IMG/VR virus record: IMGVR_UViG_3300042731_006512
Span: 1-64,000 of that record
Reading direction: 5' to 3' (one strand)
Source of the DNA: a virus
Length of the DNA: 64,000 nucleotides
Both the position numbers and the translations under genes were made by a program. Positions 1-10,627 of this stretch are shown here, piece after piece. Position 1 is the first letter of the stretch. Each line of letters begins with the position of its first letter. Under the pieces are notes generated by a model. That model saw only the letters and a list, made by a program, of their open reading frames with translations. It had not been told where the DNA came from and ran no database searches.

Positions 1-7
1 AAGAATA

Positions 8-802
8 TTATACTACAGAATCTGATTTATAACTATCGCTTAATACAGGCTCTTCCACCAATACCTCATCTAATCCAGTAATACCATACTTACTTTTAAC
101 TAAAACTAAACAAACAGAGCTGCCTCCACCTCCAGGACCAAAACCAGATGGCTGAAGTAATACTCCTCTACCTTGTTTAGTAACTGTTATTTCATCTAAT
201 AGATACTTAATATCTTGTATACCTATATCTTCAATGCAGTAGAAGCCATTTTCTTTTAAATAAGGCCAGGTGCGCCGAAAAGTAAAATCTGTTAAATCTA
301 CAGCGTGAGATGCATCATCTACAACAATATCAAATGGACCGTGTTGTTCACAGCAGTTTTTAATATCTTCATCTGAGTTCTGGTCGCCTAAAAAGAAAGT
401 TACGTTATGAGTAGGTCCATCGTAGGCTTCTCCTGCATCTTCAGTGTTAGGTATGCCTTTAACTTTGGCGTGCCAATCATGTCCATAAAACTCTGGTTTG
501 TGATGGTCAAATCCAACTATGTGCGCGTCTGGATTAAGAAAGTAATCTCTAAAATACCTAATACTTTCGCCGGTGTATACGCCATACTCTATTAAGGTAA
601 TATTTTTTTGCTTAAGCGGCGCAAACAAGACATCATATAAATCAATATAAACACATTCCCATTTTGAAGAACTATACTTAAGAAAAGGTCTATTAACATA
701 ATGACCTTTCCGATAAGCTATAGCAGTAGAGTCAAACTCACCTTCGTGTATATGTCTGTCAGATGGCCCCATACGAGGAACCTTTTTCCAGTTAATATTC
801 AT
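8..802 (-). CDS. Class I SAM-dependent methyltransferase-fold protein (TylF/CmcI-like)
   Basis: 264-aa ORF. Motif I-like LIEYGVYTGES, IVGFD, and FDIVVDDASH followed by LKENGFYCIEDI resemble the sugar/macrolide O-methyltransferase-like Rossmann fold. It is the last gene of the operon in this window. Confidence 0.5.
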   Translation of the reverse strand: MNINWKKVPRMGPSDRHIHEGEFDSTAIAYRKGHYVNRPFLKYSSSKWECVYIDLYDVLFAPLKQKNITLIEYGVYTGESIRYFRDYFLNPDAHIVGFDHHKPEFYGHDWHAKVKGIPNTEDAGEAYDGPTHNVTFFLGDQNSDEDIKNCCEQHGPFDIVVDDASHAVDLTDFTFRRTWPYLKENGFYCIEDIGIQDIKYLLDEITVTKQGRGVLLQPSGFGPGGGGSSVCLVLVKSKYGITGLDEVLVEEPVLSDSYKSDSVV

Positions 803-1041
803 TAGTCTGGCTCCCAGATTCCATTGAATCTAAAAGTTGCTGTTATAGTACTTTTGGTCTCACCTAATACCAGCGATACTACTGTATTTGTTTGCACGGT
901 TCCACTTCCAGGTTCTAATCCTAACTCATCTTCTGCAGCTGACATTAAAAAGCTTTTTACTTTGTCCCAAAAATCTTCGACATTTGGATTTGTATTGTTA
1001 ACTTCTGTTGATACTGTTACTGATACAACTTGTGCTGACAT
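802..1041 (-). CDS. Small hypothetical protein downstream of a fibre gene
   Basis: 79-aa ORF with GGGGAGGA SD upstream. Its stop overlaps the start of the next gene. No recognisable motif. Confidence 0.45.
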   Translation of the reverse strand: MSAQVVSVTVSTEVNNTNPNVEDFWDKVKSFLMSAAEDELGLEPGSGTVQTNTVVSLVLGETKSTITATFRFNGIWEPD

Positions 1042-1080
1042 TCACCTATCCTCCCCTTTTATTAGCTCGTGGGCGCGCTA

Positions 1081-2253
1081 TTAAGGACTCCAGTACAAAA
1101 TACCAACTGTGCATTCGCCTGCAGAAACGGTACTCCAATCCGAGTCCACTGTTATTGTCACTGTTACTGTTTTAGCTGCATCGTGCCACGCTGTGCCAGA
1201 TATTGCTCCCATATCTACGCCCGAAGCATTAGAAGTATATACATCTGGTGTGCCCGTATTGTATCTATCTACAACTGTGCCATCACCAACTTGTATTGTT
1301 GCTGTAGAGTTTGCGCCGCCAGTAAAGCCAGTAAGTGTATGAAGAATACAAGCAACGACCACTGCGCCATCGGGTATTTGTTCATCAAAGTCAATCGTAC
1401 CTACAACCCCTCCGCCGTCTGTCATATCATCATAAGCAAAGCTCTTAGTAACCGCACCAAGGCCACAATGGTCAGCAAAACCAAACTTATTCCAGGCTAT
1501 AGATGAGAACTGGTACCTATCGGTAGTCGGAACCACATTTGAATGTATATACATAGTAGGGTGCGTTTGTTCCGCATGATAATAATCATATACTGAAAAT
1601 CCAATAGGTATGACCACCATATGATTTCCTGTATAAGAACTAGTGGCAAAAAGAAACTGTCCTTGACTCGTATCAGCTATGAATCTATTAGCATAGGGGT
1701 CTCCAAACATCACTGATTGATTATTACCAACTGAAAATGTACCATTTATATAAGCCCCTCCATCAAAATAAACAGTACCATCAACCTCTAACTTTCCACC
1801 AATAAGTGTATCTTCATTAGTAAGTGAATGACTTGTAGCTGCAGATTTTCCAAGGTTTAATGGTCCTGCGCCGTCAAAAATACGTCCATCTATTCTTAGA
1901 TTTAGAGCCCCACCACTTTCATCAGTAAGAGTTAACTGACCATCGGTAGTAGTATCAAATAATACTCCTTGACTGCCGGCAAGATTGGAAAGAATAAGTT
2001 TTCCGTCTGCGCCGCCACCTGAAAGTAAAGCATTAGAACCTATTTTTAGGTCATCAACCAAAGATAAAAATCCATTTATTTCTACACCTTCGGCCTCATT
2101 AGTTGTAACAATATTTAATATTCCTGTCTGCCCATCAGCATCAAAAGATAACGCTGAAGGATTATTATCTACTAAATCCCAATCTATAGCAGCTCCAGGA
2201 GAACCTAAATCCGAAGAAATATTAGCTAAGTTGACAGGCTTCTTTATACGCAC
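1081..2253 (-). CDS. Tail fibre-like structural protein
   Basis: 390-aa ORF with GTG start and GGGGAG SD. Gly/Asn/Thr-rich beta-rich composition (LLSGGGADGKLILSNLAGSQG, GGKLEVDGTVYFDGGAYINGTF) typical of fibre shafts, with a distinct C-terminal globular part. Confidence 0.5.
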   Translation of the reverse strand: MRIKKPVNLANISSDLGSPGAAIDWDLVDNNPSALSFDADGQTGILNIVTTNEAEGVEINGFLSLVDDLKIGSNALLSGGGADGKLILSNLAGSQGVLFDTTTDGQLTLTDESGGALNLRIDGRIFDGAGPLNLGKSAATSHSLTNEDTLIGGKLEVDGTVYFDGGAYINGTFSVGNNQSVMFGDPYANRFIADTSQGQFLFATSSYTGNHMVVIPIGFSVYDYYHAEQTHPTMYIHSNVVPTTDRYQFSSIAWNKFGFADHCGLGAVTKSFAYDDMTDGGGVVGTIDFDEQIPDGAVVVACILHTLTGFTGGANSTATIQVGDGTVVDRYNTGTPDVYTSNASGVDMGAISGTAWHDAAKTVTVTITVDSDWSTVSAGECTVGILYWSP

Positions 2254-2278
2254 AATCTCACTCCCCTACCTTTTTATA

Positions 2279-2995
2279 TTAAACTGCACTCCAACCAGTA
2301 TTTCCAGTTCCACTTTCTTTTATATAAAGAGTAGTGCCAGCCCCTCCAGAACTATTTAGATACAAACTTCCAACAGGAGCGGTAACAACTCCTTCTGGAC
2401 TACCAGAACCTTTTATTATTTGAACAGCAGTTGAAAAGTTACCGTCTACATCTCCAACACCTATTGGTCCAGTCATCTGCCCGCCAGAAAGAGAAAGATA
2501 AGAACTTCCAGAAATATCTACAAGATTATAAAGCTCTAAAAGAGCAGTATTTACATTTTGTGCATCAAAAGCTTCGTCCGTTTCTCCAGAAAGAGACATA
2601 TTAGAAGCAGAAAATACTTGTCCACCTATTTGGTTACCAAGAGCTTCATTTATATCATCTACATATGTATATAAAGCAGCGAACTGTTCATACACTGTTT
2701 TGGGTCTACTATTAGACGAGTTATAATAAGTCGTATCTGAAACTTCAGCGTCAGATTTTACATACAAAGTCTGACCATCTAAACCATTCACAAACGCATC
2801 AATACTTGAATCTACTGTTCCATCAGGTAATGTATTAGTCAGAGTTTTGAGCCTATTGTTCCATTGGTCATATAAACCAGCAAAGTCTATGCCGATTTCA
2901 TCAAAAATATCATTCCAAGCTTCAGAAGAAGTCGGACCTCGACGACGTGCATTTCTGTCTGTAAAAGAAATATTAAGCGTGCCTATTTTAGACAT
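2279..2995 (-). CDS. Short tail fibre protein
   Basis: 238-aa ORF. The C-terminal tip motif GSLYLNSSGGAGTTLYIKESGTGNTGWSAV is a common fibre-tip signature. A related tip occurs in ORF 13784..15493. Confidence 0.5.
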   Translation of the reverse strand: MSKIGTLNISFTDRNARRRGPTSSEAWNDIFDEIGIDFAGLYDQWNNRLKTLTNTLPDGTVDSSIDAFVNGLDGQTLYVKSDAEVSDTTYYNSSNSRPKTVYEQFAALYTYVDDINEALGNQIGGQVFSASNMSLSGETDEAFDAQNVNTALLELYNLVDISGSSYLSLSGGQMTGPIGVGDVDGNFSTAVQIIKGSGSPEGVVTAPVGSLYLNSSGGAGTTLYIKESGTGNTGWSAV

Positions 2996-3048
2996 TCAAT
3001 CCTCTCAATCTCTATGATAAGACATTCTTGTAGTTATTCAATGGGTTA

Positions 3049-5289
3049 CTAATCTCCAAACTTTATTTTATATGGACCCATAACGGGACAGTTTAAATCA
3101 TTATTTGTTAAGAAGTCAGCACGAAACCTAAGATAAGAATATCTTTGGTTTACTAACTTAAATCTTAATATAAAATATTCATTAATAAAATCAGGATTAT
3201 TCACATCAATCTTAACCACAAACACGCGAGTAGCTGAGTTGCCACCAGTATGTGTATCTGTTACATCTCTGTCCAAAGCAAAATATTTATATTTATTTTC
3301 TTGCACCAGATTATTAGAAAAATCAAACAGATCTATTTTTTTCATTCTTCTTTCAAAGAATAAACCAACACCCTGATATACCTGGTCATCCGTATTTACC
3401 CATCCATCTCCATAATCATAACCTTCTATTAAAAGCCTATGATTATAAGGATATAATGAATCAACAGCTATTAAACCATTCGTGTCAGTTAGAGAGTTGA
3501 GCCCAGGAGTTACAGATTTCCAGTTGTCTTTATGAACACGAACCTCATGTATTCCATCAAAAGAAGATGTTTTACCAGATAAAGTAACTACTCCAGTTTG
3601 CTTTTTATTGTCTATAACTATAATCTCATTTCCAAAATCAATAGAAATACCGTCAGGATTAGATATTTCTACAAGAGTAACATAATACGGATTTTCAAAT
3701 CTCCAGCCTCTCTGAACTCCTCTTACAGTACTCGATTCATTTGTTTTTTTTACTCCTACATTCCTAAATATAACAACAGAATCTTCATCTATAGTTAATC
3801 CATCTCCAGTACCACTTCCTGAATAATCACTATCTTTAATCTGATAACTTAATATCCTTTCATCTGTCTCGGTAGGTACAAATCTGACATCCGTTGCTTC
3901 TATTTCTTCATCCAGAATAGAACCATCAGAGGATAAAGATAAAAGATTGAATACTTTTGCTGGATTTTTAAAATCCTCATCCTCATAGTTAATGTCATGA
4001 GATACGGCTACTGTTTCATCAACACCAAACTCTTCTTCTTGTATATCTCCAAGATTCAAAACCTGAGGAAAAACTGGATTTATTCTACCAAGTGGCGAAA
4101 TAGGAAACCATTTAGTATTAGAATCAACGGAAAACAAAGAAGAACCACCAGGTGTAACAAAATATCTTATAAATGTATTTGCCGGAACATCTTCACAAAC
4201 TTCTAAAGCAATCTTAGAAAACTCACGAACTTCACCGTTTGCACCCAAAATAGATATAGGTTTAGAAATAAATATAGAGCTTTCGCCAATAGTAAAGACT
4301 TCATTATAAAAAGCTATTTCGTTAAAACCAAACTCAAAACTATATACTGTCCCATATGTAGTATCATCAGCACTTTGCTTTGTAAGAAGAAACTTTATCC
4401 ATTTAGCGGATATTACTTCAAAACCAAAAGTAGCTTGATTTGATGTTGTTACAGAAACGGTGTCACTAGGTAACTGAATGAAGTTATAGTTATCTAAAGA
4501 ATAAAGAGGAGTTATAGAAACTTCTCCAGAAGAATGTAAGCTTAGATATATACTACTGACATCAATAGGTTCATCAGAAATCTTGACAGAAAGTTCACAA
4601 GTAACAGGTTTGTTTTCAGACATATAAAGTTTTGTCCACCAAAAACTATTTTCGTCTTGGTCAAACATTTCAGTAAAACTGCCAGAACTATTTCTACCTT
4701 TAAAGCCACGATTTGTTCTTATTTTAAAAGAGACATCTTGGTTTTGTATATTATTAAGAGTAGTTATTCTGGTAGTAACCTGCTCGTCTGAAAGTGTTGG
4801 GTTAATAAAAACTACTTGACTCTCAGTATCAACCGCCACATCTGTACTTTCTAAATCAACATACGATAAATCAGTCAAACTATCTAAAAAAAATGAATGA
4901 TAACCTTCTGTATCAGAAGCAAGTAAAAGAAGATTATCTATTCTATTCTCTAAATCAACCAAACGCTTTTCTAAAACCTCAATCTCTCTTTTCCATCGCC
5001 GAAAATCTTCAGAAGTTCCTTGCCCCAAACTCAAAAAGATTTTATATAAAACAGTAAGGTCCTGTTTGATAGAATCGAAAGTATTGTTCATTTTGACAGC
5101 AGATGCATTTTCGTTTCTTGATACATGAAAATCTTCACCATTAAACTGAGAAGTAGACAAATCAAGAGCGTCAAGCGTTGTATTTATATATTCATTTACA
5201 TTATCAGAGGTTAAAGCAACTCCTTCTTTCGCCTTGGCTTCAACCAGTTTATTGGTTAAAAAACTTCTATATATACTTTCAACCGACAT
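3049..5289 (-). CDS. Large tail/baseplate-distal structural protein, paralogue 3 of 3
   Basis: 746 aa. The N-terminal helical region carries the shared motif MNNTFDSIKQDLTVLY. An internal discoidin/jelly-roll-like segment (AKWIKFLLTKQ...FEFGFNEIAFY) is also present. Start overlaps the stop of the upstream paralogue. Confidence 0.5.
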   Translation of the reverse strand: MSVESIYRSFLTNKLVEAKAKEGVALTSDNVNEYINTTLDALDLSTSQFNGEDFHVSRNENASAVKMNNTFDSIKQDLTVLYKIFLSLGQGTSEDFRRWKREIEVLEKRLVDLENRIDNLLLLASDTEGYHSFFLDSLTDLSYVDLESTDVAVDTESQVVFINPTLSDEQVTTRITTLNNIQNQDVSFKIRTNRGFKGRNSSGSFTEMFDQDENSFWWTKLYMSENKPVTCELSVKISDEPIDVSSIYLSLHSSGEVSITPLYSLDNYNFIQLPSDTVSVTTSNQATFGFEVISAKWIKFLLTKQSADDTTYGTVYSFEFGFNEIAFYNEVFTIGESSIFISKPISILGANGEVREFSKIALEVCEDVPANTFIRYFVTPGGSSLFSVDSNTKWFPISPLGRINPVFPQVLNLGDIQEEEFGVDETVAVSHDINYEDEDFKNPAKVFNLLSLSSDGSILDEEIEATDVRFVPTETDERILSYQIKDSDYSGSGTGDGLTIDEDSVVIFRNVGVKKTNESSTVRGVQRGWRFENPYYVTLVEISNPDGISIDFGNEIIVIDNKKQTGVVTLSGKTSSFDGIHEVRVHKDNWKSVTPGLNSLTDTNGLIAVDSLYPYNHRLLIEGYDYGDGWVNTDDQVYQGVGLFFERRMKKIDLFDFSNNLVQENKYKYFALDRDVTDTHTGGNSATRVFVVKIDVNNPDFINEYFILRFKLVNQRYSYLRFRADFLTNNDLNCPVMGPYKIKFGD

Positions 5290-8200
5290 TAAAACAAATC
5301 CTTACTTGTTATCATTTTGAGACTATACGCCTTAAGCACAGGAGTGAAATAATCTTTTAACTCAGAAACATCCGTCCTTAGTTTATCTGCATATTTATAG
5401 TTGACCTGGTAATATAGACCAGCTCGAGATTCAGGAAATGAATAACGATTTAATATCTCCTTAGGATTAAGAGTCACAAGTCTATTCGAAACATCAACCG
5501 TATAGCTAAATAAATCAAGCTTCTTTGATATATTATAATAAGCACGAAAATCAGAGTATTCATAACTTGCAGTTAGTATCCAATCACTATTCATCGGTCT
5601 GTCGGTATAAACAATGCCCTTCTTATAATCCACAGAAAATCTGCCATATGTTACAGGAGAAGATACTTGTGTATAAAACTCTACATATCCTGGGTCAGAA
5701 AAATAAGCTTCATTAAAACCAGTGATTCGTAATATTATGTCGTTATTGGGAAAATCAAACCAATAATCACCAGCCTGATTCGCTTCCAAATAGGATTCTA
5801 CTCTACGCTTGAAAATATTTTGATTCGAAAAAACTATCTCATCATAATAACCAGAAGCAACATTTTCGCTCAGATGAATAGCATGACCAAGGCTCTTATT
5901 CGTAATAGTTCTACCACCGAAAAAGCCATAACGAGTAGTTCCAGACGAATCTGTTACCGCTTTAAATGGCGATATTGATTGTTTTACTTTCACAAAACTC
6001 TTTGAATGCTCAGAGGTGATAAGTTCTGTATTTCCATCTATAAACTCTACTTCTTCTAAAAAAGGATTTACATCATCATCTATACTTTCACCCTCAGAAC
6101 TTAAAGATGTGAAAAACATTGTTCCCTTAATAACATCAAGATGTGCTAAGTGTAAAACTTTAATACCTGTTGTTACAGGCAACTCTAATGCATCTTCAGA
6201 AAATGTTTCAAACGATTCTTTCTTAATATAGATGTTCTTCCCATCCACCCAATCCCATTTATCTGTTTCCAGTTTCTCTGTTTTCTGAAAAGTATAAACT
6301 ACAACAGTGTTTTCTAATGAAGAAGTTGCTGTATATAAATATATAACTCCATTCACAACATCAATAGACCAATCGCCAGATTCAGAAAGTTCATCTCTGC
6401 CATTTAAAAATGTTTTTTTACTTCCACTTAAGACAGATTCTATACCAGATGTATCTATTATATTTTTATTTTGCAAATGAACTTCTGTAGAACCTCTCGC
6501 CAATATTTCAGTAGTTTTTTCTACTGGATAAAATCTTTTGATTTCTAAATCGTCTTTATCTAAAGCCGTGTCAAAACTTAATGAAGCAAAATATCTATCG
6601 CCCTCTAAATCAAACGATAGCTTTTCAGCATCAAAAGAAACACCAATATAACAATCCTCTGGAGGTGCCATTGTATTTGCACCGTTTCCAAAATATAAAG
6701 TAGCAGTTTCCAAATCTAAGTTGAAAAGTCTATACTGAGAGTCAGTACTATAGTTTGCTGAATAACTCGATAAAGATTGTGTTGCTTGAGTCCACTCTTC
6801 TCCAGCCACTGTAATATGTAAAAAATCTGACAGCTCTGACCGTTCTGTTTGGTATATTGTGGGATTAGAACCAGAAGATGTTTTTTTCCAAGGACGGACA
6901 ATAGCTGGTTGTCTTGATTCTTCTATTTTCCCAAACAAAGAAAAAGTTTGTTTCCCATTTGACTTAAACTCATACTGAGTATTATTAAAACCACGAGGTC
7001 CAAATAGCGGACGAATAATCTCAATCGAACCTTCTACAGGAATCTTATCAAGAACAAACGAAAAAGGCGGTTCAATAGGAATATCATGCAACTCTGTTCT
7101 AAGATTAGTTAACTGTTGAAATGAAGCAGCTCTCTCTGCTGTAAAGTTCGCATCATTTCTAGTCAGAACAGACTTTAACCTAAGAGAATAAACAGGAACA
7201 GATGTTTCTATAGTATTTTCATCTATAGTATTAAAGTTCAATATCTCTGGAATATTAGAAGACTCTCCGCTTTTACCCATAAAACCCTTTGTCTGTATAT
7301 CATACCAGTTTTGCCCATCATCAGGAGATAAAGAATAATCTATTCGCGCCAACTCGGAATACACCATAGGATTCTGAGCAGAGTTTAATATAACTTTCTT
7401 TATTTCATTAACAGAAGAAAAAGCTTTTGAAATAACTTCTCCTTTAGATTCGAATATAAAACTGTAGATGTTAATATCTCGAATACCTATTGCATATCTA
7501 TTTTTGACGCCAGTATTTGTATTTATGGGATAAGATTCATTCTGTTCAAAAATAAAACGTATATATTTAGCTTTTCTCGGAGTAAAAGAATAGAAACCTT
7601 GACCAGCATATTTTGAAGTAGACGGAGCTAACTCAAAAATATTTTCCTCATCTTCTTCTATAAAACCTGCTACAGGAATATCATCTTTTATACTTATAAA
7701 CGTATCATAAGAACCATCTATAGAAGTCAAAATATCAACTATTTTTATAGTATTCTTGGTTCCAAAGTTATTTGGATTTATATTAACAAGATTAATGATT
7801 TGAGGAATCCCTAGATTCACAGACATATCTAAAGTTAATGCCTTCTCGGTGGCTAAAAACGAATCTTCCTCCCTACTTCCAGAAGCAAAAACTTTTTCAT
7901 ATTCAAACCAAGTATCTGGGTTGTTATCTAAAACTACATTTATATTAGCGCGTCGCAAAACAGGAAAACCACTAGAATCAATCTCTTCATTATTGCCAAT
8001 CACTCCATTTGAACCTTGAGAATCTACTACAGGTGTTTCCTTAATATTTAATAATAATGTTTTGTCTTTATTAACGGGCAAAGTAATAATACCTTCATCT
8101 TGGTTTATATTACATTGTGTTTCATTCAAAAGAGCAGAGTCTACGTCTAGTCGGGTCGTATTATTAAAAGTGTCAGTAAAATATAATCCTGTCTTTGTAA

Positions 8201-8606
8201 TATCATTGGCATAAAGAATAAAATCATTCAACTTAGAAGACACCGACTTTAATCTAGAAAACAATCGATTTGATTCAGTTAAAATGAAGTTGAAGTTAGA
8301 AACAGATAATGTTTCCGTTCTTTCTAGCTGATTAAAAATAACGGTCAAATCATCCAATATAGTTTGAAAAGCAAGATTAAAATCAGACACATTAGGTAAG
8401 TCTGCATATATTATTTGACTAGGATTAAATGTTGGGGCTGTTAAATCTCTATACAAAAAGTTAAGAACACGTATTGTCTCAGATATAATCTGTTCATTCG
8501 TTTGAAAATCATTTAGAGCCCCAGCGTTTACTAAACGGCTAACAAGTTTTGAAAACCTATTCTCTAAGAGATTATTCTTTTCAGAATATAGATACTTATT
8601 AGACAT
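5289..8606 (-). CDS. Large tail/baseplate-distal structural protein, paralogue 2 of 3
   Basis: 1105 aa. Shared N-terminal motif VSDFNLAFQTILDDLTVIF and a jelly-roll-like segment KAKYIRFIFEQNE...AIGIRDINIYSF. Translationally coupled on both sides. Confidence 0.5.
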   Translation of the reverse strand: MSNKYLYSEKNNLLENRFSKLVSRLVNAGALNDFQTNEQIISETIRVLNFLYRDLTAPTFNPSQIIYADLPNVSDFNLAFQTILDDLTVIFNQLERTETLSVSNFNFILTESNRLFSRLKSVSSKLNDFILYANDITKTGLYFTDTFNNTTRLDVDSALLNETQCNINQDEGIITLPVNKDKTLLLNIKETPVVDSQGSNGVIGNNEEIDSSGFPVLRRANINVVLDNNPDTWFEYEKVFASGSREEDSFLATEKALTLDMSVNLGIPQIINLVNINPNNFGTKNTIKIVDILTSIDGSYDTFISIKDDIPVAGFIEEDEENIFELAPSTSKYAGQGFYSFTPRKAKYIRFIFEQNESYPINTNTGVKNRYAIGIRDINIYSFIFESKGEVISKAFSSVNEIKKVILNSAQNPMVYSELARIDYSLSPDDGQNWYDIQTKGFMGKSGESSNIPEILNFNTIDENTIETSVPVYSLRLKSVLTRNDANFTAERAASFQQLTNLRTELHDIPIEPPFSFVLDKIPVEGSIEIIRPLFGPRGFNNTQYEFKSNGKQTFSLFGKIEESRQPAIVRPWKKTSSGSNPTIYQTERSELSDFLHITVAGEEWTQATQSLSSYSANYSTDSQYRLFNLDLETATLYFGNGANTMAPPEDCYIGVSFDAEKLSFDLEGDRYFASLSFDTALDKDDLEIKRFYPVEKTTEILARGSTEVHLQNKNIIDTSGIESVLSGSKKTFLNGRDELSESGDWSIDVVNGVIYLYTATSSLENTVVVYTFQKTEKLETDKWDWVDGKNIYIKKESFETFSEDALELPVTTGIKVLHLAHLDVIKGTMFFTSLSSEGESIDDDVNPFLEEVEFIDGNTELITSEHSKSFVKVKQSISPFKAVTDSSGTTRYGFFGGRTITNKSLGHAIHLSENVASGYYDEIVFSNQNIFKRRVESYLEANQAGDYWFDFPNNDIILRITGFNEAYFSDPGYVEFYTQVSSPVTYGRFSVDYKKGIVYTDRPMNSDWILTASYEYSDFRAYYNISKKLDLFSYTVDVSNRLVTLNPKEILNRYSFPESRAGLYYQVNYKYADKLRTDVSELKDYFTPVLKAYSLKMITSKDLF

Positions 8607-10627
8607 TAAAAATCTAACCCATGAGAAATATCTCTGGTTCCTATAAATAAATCAAACTGTTCAACAACTGCCGATAATACATTTCGAGAACTATTGTTTC
8701 TTAATATTACACAAAGAAAAATGTCAGATTGTTCAATATTTTTATAAATAGACCTCTCGTTCAAAAGAATGGTGTTATTATCTACATACCGAACAGAAAG
8801 ATTACCTTTCATATCTACAACATCAATACCAGAACCAGTAAATGCAGACAATATTTTTGGAACACCCCTACTATTCGAATACATAGGAGTATAAGAAACA
8901 GTATATATATCTCCAATCACAGGGTTGTTTAATCTAATCTTAAAAACCATGGGGACTCCACTATTTGGTGTTTTTTCTGAATCAGAAGTAATATCTTCCC
9001 AATCAATACCATATGCAGATAAAAGACCATTTCTATATACTTTAACATTTCCCACAATCCTATCGGTAAATAAGACTGTCTGGCCAACATCGTTTATATG
9101 CGATGATACATTATATTTAGATGTTAACAAAAGACGTTCATGATTTATTCTGTTGTTTCCTCGTGGAATCAAAGGAAACTTAGACGTGCGCAATATATTT
9201 TTATCTTTATCGTAATCCCTTTTAATAACCCAATATTCTAAACTAGAAAAATAGAAATCACTATCATTTCCATCATACGTTACAACAGTATTAGATGGAG
9301 TTTCTGTTATAGAATCAGCTACAGGACGAGTTTCATTACTATTCAAATACAGTTGACCAAGTGGTTGTTTTATTCTTAATGGCGCACTTACATAGATACT
9401 ATCACTCGAATAAGTGGATAGACCAGCTCTAATATTATCAAATCCAAACGAGTAAGCATATCCAGAAAAAATAAACTTATCATTAGGAATAACACCTAAT
9501 ATATCTTTAACTGTTGGAGATTGAATCTTATCTCCAAAAACTTCAGACAACCCATTTATATCAACAGAAAATCTTTCAATAGGCTGACTTACAGCTTGTT
9601 GAAATAAAGAAATATCTTCTGGAGAATATTGGAAATCTACAGGAACAAAGTTTTCATTTCTAAATGTAAGAAATAATCTTGACGCAGAAATCCTTTGAAA
9701 GTTTAACCTTAAAGAAGAACTCACATCAATATCTTCGCTTGACACATTAGTAATACCCAACAAATCATTTTCATAATCAAAAGACTCAAAAATAAAACCC
9801 TTATCTGTTATTGGTTCTATTTCTATATAGTTCAAGTCCTTTGGAATAGAAAACTCAAGTACTATTTTTATCTTAGTATACGGTTGCACTGTCTCAAAAA
9901 GTAAAGATTGAGCCCAATAAGTATTTGCTGTATTGTCTATAACATATTTCAAACTTGTTCCAGGTGGTTCTACTACAAGCTCACTACGAGGAAACGAAAC
10001 ATCAAATACCTGATAGACTTTTTTAAACTCATACTGATTATTTAAAGATTTAGCTAGTGTTAATCTATCTCCAATCTCTTCAACATAAGCATCGTCTTTG
10101 ATTATTTTGCCAGTTCTTGGGTCGGAAAATATAGCTCCTGGTTGTATAACTCCACTTCTTGTTGTTTTACTTTCCGTGGCATTAAAAGTTCTCGAAATAG
10201 TCTTTGAGACATTGCCTCCTTGTTGTTTTTTTGTTTCATATAAACCAAGCTTAGTTTCTAGTTGATTGATAGCTCTATAAACTGTCTTCAAAACTACATC
10301 TCTAATGATTGCTCTATGTGAAGTCTGAACCTCAAAAATATTATTTGCCTCTTCAAAAGAAGACCTAAAATCATCTGTTATTCTGTCAAGCATATGATTA
10401 AAAGTTTCACTATCTATAGTTTGCTCTTGATGTGCATCAAAAACTTTCAAAGTAGGAGACAGTTCGGTCTCCACAAGCTCTCGAACCAAACTGTCAAGAC
10501 GCTCTATAAACTCATCAACAGTTCTTATTTGTCCTTCTTGTTTCTTTTTATTAAGAAAAGCTAAAACTTGGTCGGCTTGACGCTTATCTATTTTTTTAGC
10601 AAAAGCTTCCAAATATTTTTGCGTCAT
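8606..10627 (-). CDS. Large tail/baseplate-distal structural protein, paralogue 1 of 3
   Basis: 673 aa. Shared N-terminal motif SETFNHMLDRITDDFRSSF, followed by a beta-rich body (SASRLFLTFRNENF, YAYSFGFDNIRA). Confidence 0.5.
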   Translation of the reverse strand: MTQKYLEAFAKKIDKRQADQVLAFLNKKKQEGQIRTVDEFIERLDSLVRELVETELSPTLKVFDAHQEQTIDSETFNHMLDRITDDFRSSFEEANNIFEVQTSHRAIIRDVVLKTVYRAINQLETKLGLYETKKQQGGNVSKTISRTFNATESKTTRSGVIQPGAIFSDPRTGKIIKDDAYVEEIGDRLTLAKSLNNQYEFKKVYQVFDVSFPRSELVVEPPGTSLKYVIDNTANTYWAQSLLFETVQPYTKIKIVLEFSIPKDLNYIEIEPITDKGFIFESFDYENDLLGITNVSSEDIDVSSSLRLNFQRISASRLFLTFRNENFVPVDFQYSPEDISLFQQAVSQPIERFSVDINGLSEVFGDKIQSPTVKDILGVIPNDKFIFSGYAYSFGFDNIRAGLSTYSSDSIYVSAPLRIKQPLGQLYLNSNETRPVADSITETPSNTVVTYDGNDSDFYFSSLEYWVIKRDYDKDKNILRTSKFPLIPRGNNRINHERLLLTSKYNVSSHINDVGQTVLFTDRIVGNVKVYRNGLLSAYGIDWEDITSDSEKTPNSGVPMVFKIRLNNPVIGDIYTVSYTPMYSNSRGVPKILSAFTGSGIDVVDMKGNLSVRYVDNNTILLNERSIYKNIEQSDIFLCVILRNNSSRNVLSAVVEQFDLFIGTRDISHGLDF

